Shown: positions 14,053-27,400 of the stretch, piece by piece
How positions within the stretch are numbered: the first letter of the stretch is position 1
Layout: each line of letters begins with the position of its first letter
Source: Mizuhopecten yessoensis
Lineage: Eukaryota
Direction: 5' to 3'
Assembly (NCBI RefSeq): GCF_002113885.1
Contig: NW_018406089.1
Coordinates: 198,351 to 262,350, forward strand
DNA: 64,000 nucleotides
Made by a program: the position numbers and the translations under genes
The notes under the pieces: generated by a model
What the model was told of the DNA's origin: nothing
The model's input: the letters and a program-made list of their open reading frames with translations, nothing else
Database searches by the model: none

Positions 14053-14627
14053 TTTGGCTGCTTTAAATGACGGCCGATGCAGTGGATTAAAAAATTGATG
14101 CAGGGGCACCTGCTATTAAACAATGGCGGAAACGCTAAAGTACGCGGTAAGAAGAGTCAGTGTAAGGGAGGTAATATAGTATATTGTTTGCGTCCCTTTG
14201 AATAGATGTATTAAGGAATTATTTTTTAAAAAAATCAATAAATATTTTTGTTTTATAAGAAAATGCACAAAAGGAATGTTTTATACAGGTGGCATTATCG
14301 TTTGTATATGATGCTATACTTTAGCAAACAAGAGATGTATATATTTCGTAATATATACGTCTCTGAGCAAACTGTTATTCCGTCACTAAAGTAGGGACCC
14401 CAGTTGAAATAAACCTTAGTTTAAACAGAGACGTATATATTACTGTTTTAATAGACATTTTTTGCTAGGATTACCGGGATTTTTGTCTAATCAATACTCT
14501 TATAAAGCAAAATGTGATATTTGATTAAATATGTGATAGTTTTGTTTTTTTGTTTTTTTTACTGAACTCATTTATTATGGATTTTTTTTATGTCATTATA
14601 CCTGATAACGATAATTATATATTGTGC

Positions 14628-14659
14628 CACGGAATAAGATTAGATTATCTAAGTGCGTG
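14628..14659. mobile_element. 32-bp palindromic TIR-only element or footprint, 7-bp TSD ATTGTGC
   Basis: attgtgc|cacggaataagat tagatt atctaagtgcgtg|attgtgc. Confidence 0.8.
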
Positions 14660-16793
14660 ATTGTGCATACTTGTCAACCTTTTTTACAATTTTCATGGGA
14701 GAGATTCTGCGTGCTCAAAATTAAAAACCGCATTTAAAATAAAATGGATAGATATAACCCCCAACCCCACTAACCCGCCCCCACTCCCACAATTTCTCCG
14801 AAAAGGCGAACTGAAAATATAACTATAATATCACTTTAGCCATTTTCATTTACATGATGACATCTAAACTTAGTATGGCTCAATAGATATGTTTCCGCTG
14901 ATTTGAAGAATCTGAAAGGTACACCGGCACAAACCACGAGGAAACGGGGCTATTAATGGTATTAATGGTATCGATAACACCATCAGAGTTACGCATGCCC
15001 GTGAACCGGCGTTACTGTACCGTGAACGGGACAATTTCGGTATTTTGGCGAATATTTGGGCTTAAACCAATATTGGCAGAAAATATGCTAGTTGAAATAT
15101 TTTAGAGTCAACGAGGGTTCTGATTAAATTTCTTCTTCAAACTAGCATTCGTTTCGATAAAATTATATAGACTTTTGAAAATGATATCCAAATCAGGAAA
15201 GTCTTGTTTTGGTAATTATTCTTACCACGGACCAGGGACGTATCGTCGGCCAAGAGTCAAGACCTCGTATCTCGTTTTTTGCAACTTTTCAGGAGAGACA
15301 AAAAATTATCTCTGTTTTTAACTAATTGAGACAGGAATGTAATTTTTTGCAAATTGCTAGCAATAAACATTGCAAGTAAATGGATAAAAAAACATTTGAA
15401 CTTTTTTGTTCACTTGACCTACTTTTACGAGTTACGAGTTTTTGCATCTAAAATGTCTACATTTTTCAAAAGATAAGAGGTTTCTGTTTTCTTTCAAAAT
15501 TCCAATAATGAATTAGGGAAGTTTTAATTGGTACCAGAAGTATTGGATATTATTATACATAATTAGTCAAAATGTTTTTGTCACTGAAATTGCTTTAAAA
15601 ATCACAAGACATTTGTTTTGAAATTAACTTTTAATAACAAAAAATATTAAAACATTTCATGAATGGTCAGACTAGATTCTTAACAGTCAACTGGAATGCG
15701 ATAAAACATTGCTGTACTTATCCGCAGATAATCCCCCCACTTCAATAATTGACTTTATCAATAAAATAAAATGATTATACTTGTACATGTATATTGCTTG
15801 CGTTTTGTTTTTATAATTTTGGGGTGTGGGCTTTGCACGAAACAACTAGAAAACTGACAATTACTATAGATAAGCAAAACGAAAAGGCCAAAATTTGGAG
15901 GGATTATTTGCAACTAAATACGAAAACATTAACTGTCATTGTAAATAAAAATGTGAACAAATACGAACTATAAGTGTAGACAATAATTACTTTTCGTAAT
16001 TTGCAAATCAAAAACTAAAAAACTACTTGCTGAAATTACTACTTCTGCAAGAAGATATTGAAATATCCAATAATACAATTATCATTATAATAAAACATTA
16101 ACAAATCATTATGAACCAAGTAGACAATAACAATTTTGTAATTTGCAAATCAAACACCCAAAAAATACCTGCAGAAGTTGCTACTGTACAATTGGCACGA
16201 CATGAATAAGGAAACTCAATTCAAAAATGATTTAAATACAGTAAATATAATGCATGGCTCTAATAAATGGTAATCGTAATGCACAGTACATTGTAAAAGA
16301 AATAGTTACTAGAAATCAATTCACAGTTTAAAAAGGTATTTAAAAAATATGACTAGAATAATCAATTACATTTGAGCTACTTGCATAATAAAAAATAAAA
16401 CCTATTTGTACACTACAACATGTACATGTATTCAAATTAGGATAAATAGGACGTCAAAAATCAAATTACAATATGCAATGGAACAAATATTTCGCTAATT
16501 ATATAGTCATTTTAAAATTTGGAACATGTTCACCTAGACCATGTAAGGCAACAACAAACATTAGAAACTAATGAAACTATCAACTCTGAAAGAATCGGTT
16601 AACTCATGAAAATATCAACTCTGAAAAAATCAGTTAATTTTAAACATAACACCTCAGATGTCCTCATTCAAAACACTTTAGATTTAGATAATCCCCATAA
16701 GTCTATCCCTTATGTTGTCATTGCGTACAAGCTGTTGCCTATTAGCAGTGTTTATCAATTTAATTCAGTTCAACTCAGCAGAATTGCGAAATA

Positions 16794-19463
16794 CTAATCT
16801 GAGTGAGGCAACGCATCATAGAATCCATGGTAGTCCTTGGGCATGACCTTTTTGAGTTCTTGTAGATGTTTATACTTGCTCTTTTTAATGTTGACTGGGC
16901 AACTGTACAGCTGTGATGTCACCACCCGTGGCTCCTGCCTTCGTGAACGTCGTGGTAGTTCCTGGAACTCTTCGTCATACATCAACTTGTATTCAATTTT
17001 CCCGTCCGGAGTGTACTTGAGTACTCGGATGTGGGTGACGCAGGGATCTCCAACTCTTACACCTGGACGGATTGACGAATAATACTGAACTTCTGAGTAG
17101 TTGACAAAAAACGAGTGATCCAGATATTTAACCTTGTAAGGATTCACTTGACGAGCAGACTCTATAGCTTCTACATAATTGGACGGAATGTAAATTGCCT
17201 TGTCACGGAGACTGCGTTCAATAGTGCTGTGTATGCTGTCACACTCCATCTGTGTGTGTCCTTTCTCCAGAATCTTTTGTAGTATGGTTTTATTGCTGGT
17301 CACCGACAAGTGAAGTAATGCATTGGCCAAGGTGACATTCCTATTTTGGTATGTACAACCGTCACTGTAGATTGTGACATGGTCAGTGTCACCCAATTCG
17401 TTTAGGATGTAGTCACACACACATGAAGCAAAACTGTTTGCTCCGAGTTCCCCTTCTCCCTCATGCCAGAAATAACACACAACATTGTGCGTTGTCAAGT
17501 CATACATAGTAAAGTTATGACATGCTAGTTTGGTCTTGTAGTACATGGCACTCGCTTTTAGACTCGGTGATAACAACACAGCCTGTAAATCTAACGTTAT
17601 GACCTTACCATGTCCGGCATTTGCAGACTCTTTATCCTTCTGTTTTTCGTTTCTCGCACTGGTTTTCTTCTCAATATGTTTATTATATTCCGACTCTTCC
17701 AAATTACCAGCTTCAAACGCACAGTATGTATCACACTGATCCTTTTTGGGATGAAACAAACATTTTTTTTTCACTGATGACACTAGTGAATACTGTGATT
17801 GATAACGACTCTTCGTTTTTTTCTTCACATTGTTCAGTGTATAAGTCATAAAGTTGTTTCACTGATCTGATGCAAGGCTCTAGATACAACTTTGATGTAC
17901 TGGCCCTACAATAATGTGATGGAAGTTTTGGTAAGGAGTCTAGAAATTCATGTGCAAACTCCCTTTTTCGGACGTTGTCAATCTTCTGTCGTCCAGGGGC
18001 ACTGTAGGTGGAGGGAGAGGCATGCATACCAGCCGCTCTGTCAGGGTTTTCATCTAGCGATTGATTAATCCAATTATGAACTGTCCACTCCCCAAGTCCA
18101 AGTGTTGACAGAAACATGTTTTTACAAACCCGATACCGACCCTCGCTCTTTTTGAGGTGATAAGAATAGCTCATATTCTTCCTAGATTTATGTGTTTCAT
18201 TCTGTTTTTCCTCACAATCCACCATTGTGGAAACGTAGATTTTCTTCTGGGACCAGTCCATTTCCCAGAATCCGGAAAAGATGGTCTGCCGGTCCTCGTC
18301 TGTAAAGATTCTACAATGGCGTAGCTTACTTTTGTTACAGAGTTTGGAACAGCAACGTGGTCCTATTTTCCTGGGCTCTTTTGTTAATTCAGTTCGTGTC
18401 CCATCGTTTGTTTTTTTAACACTTTTATAAGACTGGCCTTTCATTCTGGAATCCTTTTTAATATTGCGTTGCCATGTGTTGGGGTCGGCCATTCCTCTTT
18501 TGGCTTTTTATCTGTTAGACGGTCCGGGACTTGTGTTCTCTGAGTTTTCCTCGTTTGCTTCAGTTCGTGCATTATTGTTTACTGGCTGTTCCTCACTGGA
18601 ATCGGAATCATCAAGATCGGCTGAATTCTCGTGACAGTCTAAGTTTATGGGCGGGGTCCAGTCTGGGTCGACATCAGAATTATCTAGAAAATCTACAAGG
18701 TCAAAGTTGTTTTCCAAATTGTAAGTTTCGATGACTTCCTCGACTGTTGTTTCGACGACTTCTTCATTGACGTATGTTCCGACGACTTCCTGACTGACCG
18801 TTGTTCCGACGACTTCCTGACTGACCGTTGTTCCGACGACTTCCTGACNNNNNNNNNNNNNNNNNNNNNNNNNNNNNNNNNNNNNNNNNNNNNNNNNNNN
18901 NNNNNNNNNNNNNNNNNNNNNNNNNNNNNNNNNNNNNNNNNNNNNNNNNNNNNNNNNNNNNNNNNNNNNNNNNNNNNNNNNNNNNNNNNNNNNNNNNNNN
19001 NNNNNNNNNNNNNNNNNNNNNNNNNNNNNNNNNNNNNNNNNNNNNNNNNNNNNNNNNNNNNNNNNNNNNNNNNNNNNNNNNNNNNNNNNNNNNNNNNNNN
19101 NNNNNNNNNNNNNNNNNNNNNNNNNNNNNNNNNNNNNNNNNNNNNNNNNNNNNNNNNNNNNNNNNNNNNNNNNNNNNNNNNNNNNNNNNNNNNNNNNNNN
19201 NNNNNNNNNNNNNNNNNNNNNNNNNNNNNNNNNNNNNNNNNNNNNNNNNNNNNNNNNNNNNNNNNNNNNNNNNNNNNNNNNNNNNNNNNNNNNNNNNNNN
19301 NNNNNNNNNNNNNNNNNNNNNNNNNNNNNNNNNNNNNNNNNNNNNNNNNNNNNNNNNNNNNNNNNNNNNNNNNNNNNCTGTTGCGAAGTAATTGTGTCAC
19401 GTTGTGCGTATCTGATGCGAGCAGATTGTCCTGGCTGCTGCGGAGCCATTCATTGGATGTCAT
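16794..19463 (-). pseudogene. Sola1-type DDD transposase, disrupted
   Basis: Motifs SHYCR, PKKDQCD, DLQAVL, YYKTKL..HNFT.YDL, WHEGEG, YSDGCTYQNRN, GHTQMECDSIHSTIE. In-frame TAA at 18508-18510 and a frameshift at the A9 run (17763-17771). The N-terminus holds a 27-bp coding repeat (QEVVGTTVS)n broken by an assembly gap, so the start (19463 or 19449) is uncertain. Confidence 0.85.
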
Positions 19464-19765
19464 TATTTGGACGAAACTATACTCTTACTGCTCATAAACC
19501 AACCACAGTAAGAACATGTGTAGTGGTCATTTTCAATGTCATACAAATCAGCGTTTTCCGGTATATTGTCTACACAATCAAGATGAAAATGTCTGTCGCA
19601 AAAGTAGCACCTTAACCACTCTACACCATCAATGTCATACAGTACTGTTTGTTCGTTCAATATGGCCTGGTCCTCAAGTTTTCCACAATCTACTGCCGTT
19701 TTGCTACACTCGAAACATTGCCATACTTCATCTAAATCTACAGTCTCTGATCCGGAGTCAGACAT
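19463..19765 (-). CDS. Small acidic PHD-finger-like protein inside the transposon (100 aa)
   Basis: CFEC...WLRCYFCDRHFHLDC...YTCSYC (one ligand pair short of a canonical C4HC3 at the N-terminus is possible). Splice acceptor at 19769 three nt before the ATG; candidate GTAAGT donor at 20378. Confidence 0.7.
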   Translation of the reverse strand: MSDSGSETVDLDEVWQCFECSKTAVDCGKLEDQAILNEQTVLYDIDGVEWLRCYFCDRHFHLDCVDNIPENADLYDIENDHYTCSYCGWFMSSKSIVSSK

Positions 19766-20422
19766 GCCCTAGAACAAATAAAATAATGTTTCAGATATTG
19801 TTTCGTCTTTACTTAAATACATTGTAATAAAGCAGTGTTTTGTTTAAACTGTCAAGATGAATTAATATTAGTATTTTTAACAACACTAGAAACAGAAATA
19901 CTAAAATCACATCACAGTTAACAGCCAAGACTTTATAGAATTCAATAAACTTTGAATATCGATCATAATTGATAAGAAATTAATTCAATGTTGCCCACAG
20001 AATGCTTAAAAAAAATTGTACAATGTCAAAGCCTCGTATCTCCGAGGAAGGTGGAAAAATATTTAAGTGCAAAACCACGTATCTTGATTTAACATCAAAA
20101 TAAGGGTTTTATCCGAGACATAATCTGGTTTCAACTCATTATGCAATAATGTAAAGTACCATTCAAGGAGTAATCTATAGACATACAATCTGAAAGATGA
20201 TTTACAAACCCTAAAATGGCAACAAGGCGGGAAGGGGGTATTTTGGTTGATTTCACTGTGTGCCAAATTGGGGCTATTTACACAATAATAACAATTTGTA
20301 AACCGAAGTACCTTACAGTTGCTTGTAATACATTCTAAAGATATTAATTGTACACTAAATATTAAGTGTTTCACTTACATTAGTGGATTCTTCTTCTGTG
20401 CACCGTCCCAGTTTTTCAATCA

Positions 20423-20562
20423 CATGGATACTTGTAAAGACAAAACCTTGTAACTTAAGATACGAGGTTTTAGCTTTATAAATTATCATCCTCATGGCTA
20501 TTTGTAAAGACAAAATCTCGTAACTTAAGATGCGAGGTTTTAGCTTTATAAATTATCATCCT
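20423..20562. repeat. 70-bp subterminal tandem duplication carrying the TIR core AGATACGAGG
   Basis: Two units 70 nt apart, each containing the quasi-palindrome AAAAyCTyGTAACTTAAGATrCGAGGTTTT. Confidence 0.8.
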
Positions 20563-21362
20563 AGGTAATACGAGGAAAATGTCATGTGGTTTTTCAACAT
20601 GTTCTGATTGGACTAGAGATAAGTGTTTTATACACATTATGAAGCAAGGCGGGAAGAGTATATTGGTGCAAAAAAATCATTTTGGCCAAAAACCGAGATA
20701 CGAGGTCTTGACTCTTGGCCGACGGTATAATCTAATTCCATGTTTTTACCTTTAAATTGTCAATGTAACGAAAATCAGCAGCCATTCAGTAAAGCCTAAT
20801 ACAGTCATGACAAGTATTATCAAATGAAAACTCTATACATGACAGAACTTCTTTGCATTGAATGACATTTTCTTGTGCCATTTTCCCCACTAGTGTCCCG
20901 TTTTGGGTACTGACTACTGTCCCGATTTGGTAGTCAAGCCGGAAAAATGAGTTTTTGGCAGTACGGGGATCCTGACTCTCGGATATTTAACGGACCAAAA
21001 GCAACATAGCTAATTTTGTTCACTTTTTAACAAATCGTTTTAAAATATTGATACGATTGTTATCACTCGTGTAACGGATTGACTAAGTACCTTCCCCACG
21101 AATGTCTGTCCGTAACATATGCGGGCCATATGATGTCAATCACCGTGCTGTTTTTTTTAGCCCAGGTAAATTGTAACGAATTTTAATCGATTAAACGAAT
21201 GTAGGCTACCTGTTCTTCTACATTATTGATACAAGGGGGAACAAAATCGATATATTTACAGACAATACACAAAGCATATAAGTAGACCGCTCTACCTCTA
21301 GATATAGATGCCTGTTCTTATCGATTTCCTCGCCTGCCGTTTCTATAGCGACACGTACGCTA

Positions 21363-21377
21363 CCGCCAGGTGGCAGC
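21363..21377 (+). promoter_or_regulatory. CTCF-like motif just upstream of the Sel1-gene ATG
   Basis: CCGCCAGGTGGCAGC fits the CTCF core consensus; motif match only. Confidence 0.4.
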
Positions 21378-21417
21378 AGGTTATTTGGCTGTGGAAGCTG
21401 AGATAGATGTAAACAAC

Positions 21418-24400
21418 ATGGCGGCGTTTTCACGTTCTGGAGCAGAGCAAGAAGTAAGACAGCGCTTAATTCCAGAAAATGAGCCAGAATATGACCAGAG
21501 TTTACCATACGGCGGTAAAGTGTACCTGGCCCGCAAAAAGAAGGCCGATCCATGGCACATTCGGATTGCAGAGGTTTGTGTGTTTGCTGTTATGCTCGCG
21601 AGTGATGGAATAACTTGTTAAAGCTGTGACTCAGTTCTACTTCAAATTTCTAATCGTATATTACAGTGAATTATTTATTTATTATAATGTTAATAAGCAA
21701 AATACCAACAGACTAAAAGGCAATAGCATGACCCGCTTGTAGACATATTGTTAACGTTAAACTGTTATATGAACCAACCAGTGTCTTAATTATGATAATG
21801 ACCGCGCTAGGCGGCGACGTTTTTGACTACGTCATGTCAAGCGACCACCGGGTCATGAACTCTGGGGTATTTTCCTCATTTAAATGTGATTTACGAAGTA
21901 CTGTTGAGCTTATGGTATGGTACATGTTTCGTTCGTCGTCCATCTGTCAACTTTACCTTTGAATAACTTCTTAATGACAGCTAAATGGAGGATATTTGAC
22001 CAAATGGAGTGTTATAACATTTCGTCAAATACATGACCTTGACCTTCTCTCATGGTCACAGGGGTCAAATATGCAACTTTTAACGACATCAACCTAATGG
22101 CAATATTGCTTTTTCTTTATTAACTTTTTCTCTGAAACTTGGTGATGAATATCAACCTTATTTGGTTGGAATCATTCTCACAAGTTAGGGATTCAAAATT
22201 GCATCAGTTTTCTGGAAGGGCTAAAGGGTGGGACCAGGGTGACTCTAGGGTGTAGCTTCACTTTAAGAAACTTGGTTCATAACTTTAAAACGGTTTAAAT
22301 CCCCACCCCATTACTATATATATATATTACTGTGCATAAAGAGACAAATACAATCATGATATTTGAATTGACCATTGGGTCTGACCCCACCTGGAGGGAC
22401 TTAAATTCTGGGTCACAACTTGGAAACAGTTAAAATCTCCTTCCTATCACCATATAAACAATTGCAGAGTATAAAGAAACAAATACACATATGCTACCAG
22501 GATTGACACAAGGTCTGGCCCCACCCATGGAGACTTACTTAGTTCCTGGTTCACATCATAGAAACATTTGAGTTCCCACCACATAATCATATATACAACT
22601 GCAGCACATTAAGAGACAAAAACATTCAATTAACCCTGTGGTCAGGCCCCACCTGGAGGGACTTAGTTTCTGGGTCACAACTTGGAAATTGTTGACATGA
22701 TCACTGAAATATTGAGGCAAGCGATGCAGGCCTTCAGGGACTTGTGGTTTTGTTTTGTTTCTTTTATGTGATGAGTGCCAATATTAAGTCAGGTGACAGT
22801 AATTGGACGACACAAAAAGCAAGTGAAATTTACAGAAAGTACATTACATAGATTATACAGAGGGAAAAAAGTATTTTAAGAAAACATATGTCCCAAAAAA
22901 TGACATTAAAAGAACCTTATTCACATCCTTATAGAAAATTTATTCTGAAAGTATTCCTTTTCAGGCTTTGATCATCATTTTGACCCTTTCCTTTGCCATT
23001 TATGCATATTACTACTTTGACCACCTCCATTTCCATGTCACATATGCATATGGTTACCTTGGTTACCCCCAGGCCCAGCACCAGGTGGGACAGCGGTATC
23101 TACACGGTAAGATCATAACAATTAGTATACTTAAGAAGGATATATGCTGTGTAATGTGTGATACATTCATGCTTGTGATTGGTGTTGGGTTATCTCCCTT
23201 GAATAATGAGCATTACCAATTAATTCAGAATTGCTTAATTGCTTTTCATAGTGCCAATAACAATGTGCAAGATTCTTTGATGTGTGTAACATAATGGCTA
23301 ACAGGATATATAAATATGTTACCAAGGGTATGTCAAAATGTAGTTGCTCATGTGGTTTACAAATGCAATGTGTTTTAGTCAAAGGTCAACTTAGAGCAAT
23401 GGCCGAATCAAATGGTAACATGGGCTATAATGGGAAAAACAGTTTAAGAATCTTCTTCCTAAGTTTTATAGAATTTCAGATCCTGATATTAAGCAAATGA
23501 ATTACCTGGAATAGAGTACTCTAAAGTTTCTTCATATCAATGACCTTGACCAATTTTCAAGGTCACATGGATTAACACTGGTATGTTTCTAATGTATGGA
23601 GCTGGGGTACTTGGATATCTCATAAAGACCAGCATGTAAATCTTTTTCTTAAATATTGTTTTTATGTCAAAGGTCACAACACTGTCAAGGGTCAAATGTT
23701 AACGTAGGTTTTAATGGATAAAATGTTTTAAGAATCTTCTTCTTAAGTTTATAAGGCCTAGGGTCTTGATGTTAGCTTCCACTTTGTTGAAGGACTAGGA
23801 TTGTTTTAGTTGTTTCTAATTCTGTTGCATTTTGCTCAGGAATGACTTTGTATTTTTGTAGGTACAGTGTATAAATATAATTCTTTGGAATTTAAACAGT
23901 AAGGTCAGTAATATTTTGTTGTTCTTATTTTCCAGGAAAAGGAGTGGAAAAACACCATCAGAAAGCAGTGGAATGGTTCAGGTAGGATTACAACAGAGTA
24001 TCAGTAGTTGGTTCTGTAAAATGGGACTGAGATCTTAATTGACTTGCGCCACACTTAAAATAAAGGTCCAAACCTAAGTACTTAGAGAAAAATGTAAGGT
24101 GGTTGGGCAGGTGACCTAAGACCACCAAAGTCTTCTCTAAAAACAACTCATGTTAATTTTGTCTTTCAAGAAATGCCATAAACACATAAAACAAACTGCA
24201 TTATACCAAACATTAGACAGTTATCTTTAAACTTTAAACATGGATTTTTTTTTATGAAATTTAAAGGGATATGAATTTAATTTTGCTATTTTTTATTCTT
24301 CAAAGAATGGATAATGAAACTTTTGAAATTTATGTACAATTTTTTTTAAAAACTTTTCCTTCTTCAAAATGAAGTAGAGATGGTTAATTAACCTGTATTC

Positions 24401-27400
24401 ACACAATGAAACAGTTTGTTGTAAATGTTTCAGAAAAGCGTCAGACCAGGGACATCCTCATGCAGCGTACAATCTTGCTGTGGCACATCTCAAGGGATAC
24501 AAAACTGACCTGAAACCAGGGTAAGCTCAATACAGCTGTACCATGGAAAGTTTACAAACAAATATTGTTTATAGAAAAATGGTTTGAATATTTAAACTTA
24601 TTTCCACTATTAAGTTATTATCCATGAAGTTTTAGCCCACCATCATCAGATGGTTGGCTATTCAAATTGCCCACCATCTGTCTTTAAACAATTCTCGTTA
24701 TTGCTATTTCTCAAGAAGTACTGAACATGTTTCATTTTGTGACTGATTGGGGAAAAAACAAGATGGCCACCAGTTAGCCATTTTGGATTTTGACAGTTCA
24801 AATTTGTTATCGCTATTTCTCAAGAAGTAAGCAATGACCTCACTTTGAAAAGACTCTCAAACCCAGCTGTATGAATTTTAAATAAAAACAAGAGGCTCAA
24901 TGGGCCTGCATCGCTCACCTGGTACAAATCTCACACTTGTAACCTTAAAAGTGATCTAAAATAAAGCTACAGGCAAAATATCAGTATTTATGATAAAAAT
25001 TCATTCAAAAGACCCTGTTAATTTTTTTTAAAACATTTCACCCTTGTGATTGAAAGTCGAACAAAGTCATTATGTTGGACACATTGTATAGCCTTTCATC
25101 TCAGGATGCAACTTGCAAAGTATAAACATCCTGGGACCCATGGTTATTCATAAGAGGTTGTTTAAAGATTTTAAACAAATTTGACCCCTGTGACCTTGAA
25201 TATAAGTCAAAGTCATTCACTTTAACAAACATAGTAGTCCTTGATCCCAGCATATGCTACTNNNNNNNNNNNNNNNNNNNNNNNNNNNNNNNNNNNNNNN
25301 NNNNNNNNNNNNNNNNNNNNNNNNNNNNNNNNNNNNNNNNNNNNNNNNNNNNNNNNNNNNNNNNNNNNNNNNNNNNNNNNNNNNNNNNNNNNNNNNNNNN
25401 NNNNNNNNNNNNNNNNNNNNNNNNNNNNNNNNNNNNNNNNNNNNNNNNNNNNNNNNNNNNNNNNNNNNACCCCTGTGACCTTGAATATAATTGAAGGTCA
25501 TTCATTTGAACAAACTTGGTAGCCCTTCACCCAAGCATGCTACTGGCCAAATATCATCTCCCTGGGCAGTTGTGTTATTGAGAAGAAGATGTTTAAAGTT
25601 TTTAACATATTTGACCCCTGTGACCTTGAAAATTAATGAAGGTCAATAATTTTAACAAACTTTGTAGCCCTTCATCCAAGTTTGCTTCTGGCCAAATATC
25701 GACACCCTAGGCCTTTCGGTTATTAAGAAGAAGTCGTTTAAAGTAAAATATTGACGCCAGACGCCGGCCGGCCGACGAACGCCGCGGCATAAGCTCACTT
25801 GGCACTTTGAGCTAGGTGAGCTAAAAATCCCACAAGACACATTGAGATAAAGAGCTAAAAAGGGAAATAAAGAGAAAAAATTAAACTTACATAGAACTAC
25901 TGAAGTTTCACCAATGGTAGGTACCTAATTCCCTCTGGGATCTCTTGTTTTTAATCTTAAGGTTTTTCCATGAACAATTTTCAGATTTTCTGTTAATGAT
26001 CTTGCTCAGGGCTTATACCTGAGGTTTACTTAAAAAGTAATTCCTGTTCAGAATCGTCCTAGTCTTATTCAAATTAAGTTTGCTTAACATCGGCGTGGTG
26101 GAAGTTAATAATGTTTAAAGTCCTAACTCTCTACTTCAAAAGAGAGCCACATTATTCATTTATAGCATTGTTTCCCCTTCATCTAGTGATCTGTGTCAAA
26201 TTGTGTCTTTTAAACTTTTATTTTTCATTTGTTTACATTGCCCTTCATAGAAACTATCTCTGAGAAAACATTGCCTTGATTAGATATGATTTTATGTATA
26301 AATGCAAATTGTGTTTTGATTTTTTTTTAAATGTGTTAAATTACTAAATTGTTCATAAACCATATTTGTATATAATTTTAGTACATGTATCATAATTAGC
26401 TGTTCAATGAACACCAGACATCTGAAGCATGTTTTCAGTCAACTTTATATCTTATTTGAAATGTTTTTAGCTCACCTGCCCGAAGGGCAAGTGAGCTTAT
26501 GTTATGGTGCAGCGTCCGTCGTCTGTCTGTCCAGCGTCAACATTTTGCTTTAAACAACTTCTTTTCGGTCACCAAAAGGCCTAGAAAGGTGATATTTGGC
26601 CAGTAGCATGCTGGGATCAAGGGCTACCAAGTTTGTTCAAATGAATCGCCTTGACCCACTTTCAAGGTCACAGTGGTCATATATGTTAAAATCTTCAAAC
26701 AACTTCTTCTCAATAACCAAAAGGCCAAGGGTACTGATATTGGGCCTGTAGCAGGCTGGGATAAAGGGCCACTAAGTTTGTTCAAATGAATGACCTTGAC
26801 CCACTTTCAAGGTCACTGGTGTCAGATGTCTTAAATCTTCAAACAACTTCTTCTCAATAATCAAAAGGCCAAGGGTACTGATATTGGGCCTGTAGCATGC
26901 TGGGATGAAGGGCTACCAAGTTTGTTCAAATGAATGACCTTGACCAACTTTCAAGGTCACATGGGTCAAATGTCGAAAAATCTTCGAGCAACTTCTTTTC
27001 AATGAGCAAAAGGGCCAGGGTACTGAAATTGGGCCTGTAGCATGCTGGGATGAAGGGCTACCAAGTTTGTTCAAATGAATGACCTTGACCAACTTTCAAG
27101 GTCACATGGGTCAAATGTCGAAAAATCTTCAAGCAACTTCTTTTCAATGAGCAAAAGGGCCAGGGTACTGAAATTGGGCCTGTAGTATGCTGGGATGAAG
27201 GACTACCATGTTAGTTCAAATGAATGACCTTGATCCACTTTCAACCTAATGTCCTTGTTCGACAATCAAGGTCAGAGGCGTCATGTTTAAATCTTTTAAT
27301 AGGTTCTTATGAAATCTTAACATTACAAGTGTTAGATTAATAACAGGTGAGCGATGCAGGCCCATTGGGCCTCTTGTTTAGCTCACCTGGTCCGAAGGAC

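Larger units (their letters stand above)
15244..20724 (-). mobile_element. Full-length Sola1-type DNA transposon, about 5.5 kb including a gap
   Basis: Perfect 31-bp TIRs CGTCGGCCAAGAGTCAAGACCTCGTATCTCG (15244-15274 / 20694-20724), 4-bp TSD GTAT (15240-15243 / 20725-20728), internal DDD transposase. Confidence 0.9.

Noticed and set aside
17763-17771. Programmed -1 frameshift in the transposase
   Set aside because: The shift needed is +1 (or -2); a homopolymer indel is simpler.
15020-20907. TA-flanked MITE hosting the Sola insertion
   Set aside because: The putative TIR match is only 14 bp with 3 mismatches; too weak to call.
25217-25522. ORFs spanning N runs
   Set aside because: Artefacts of translating an assembly gap.
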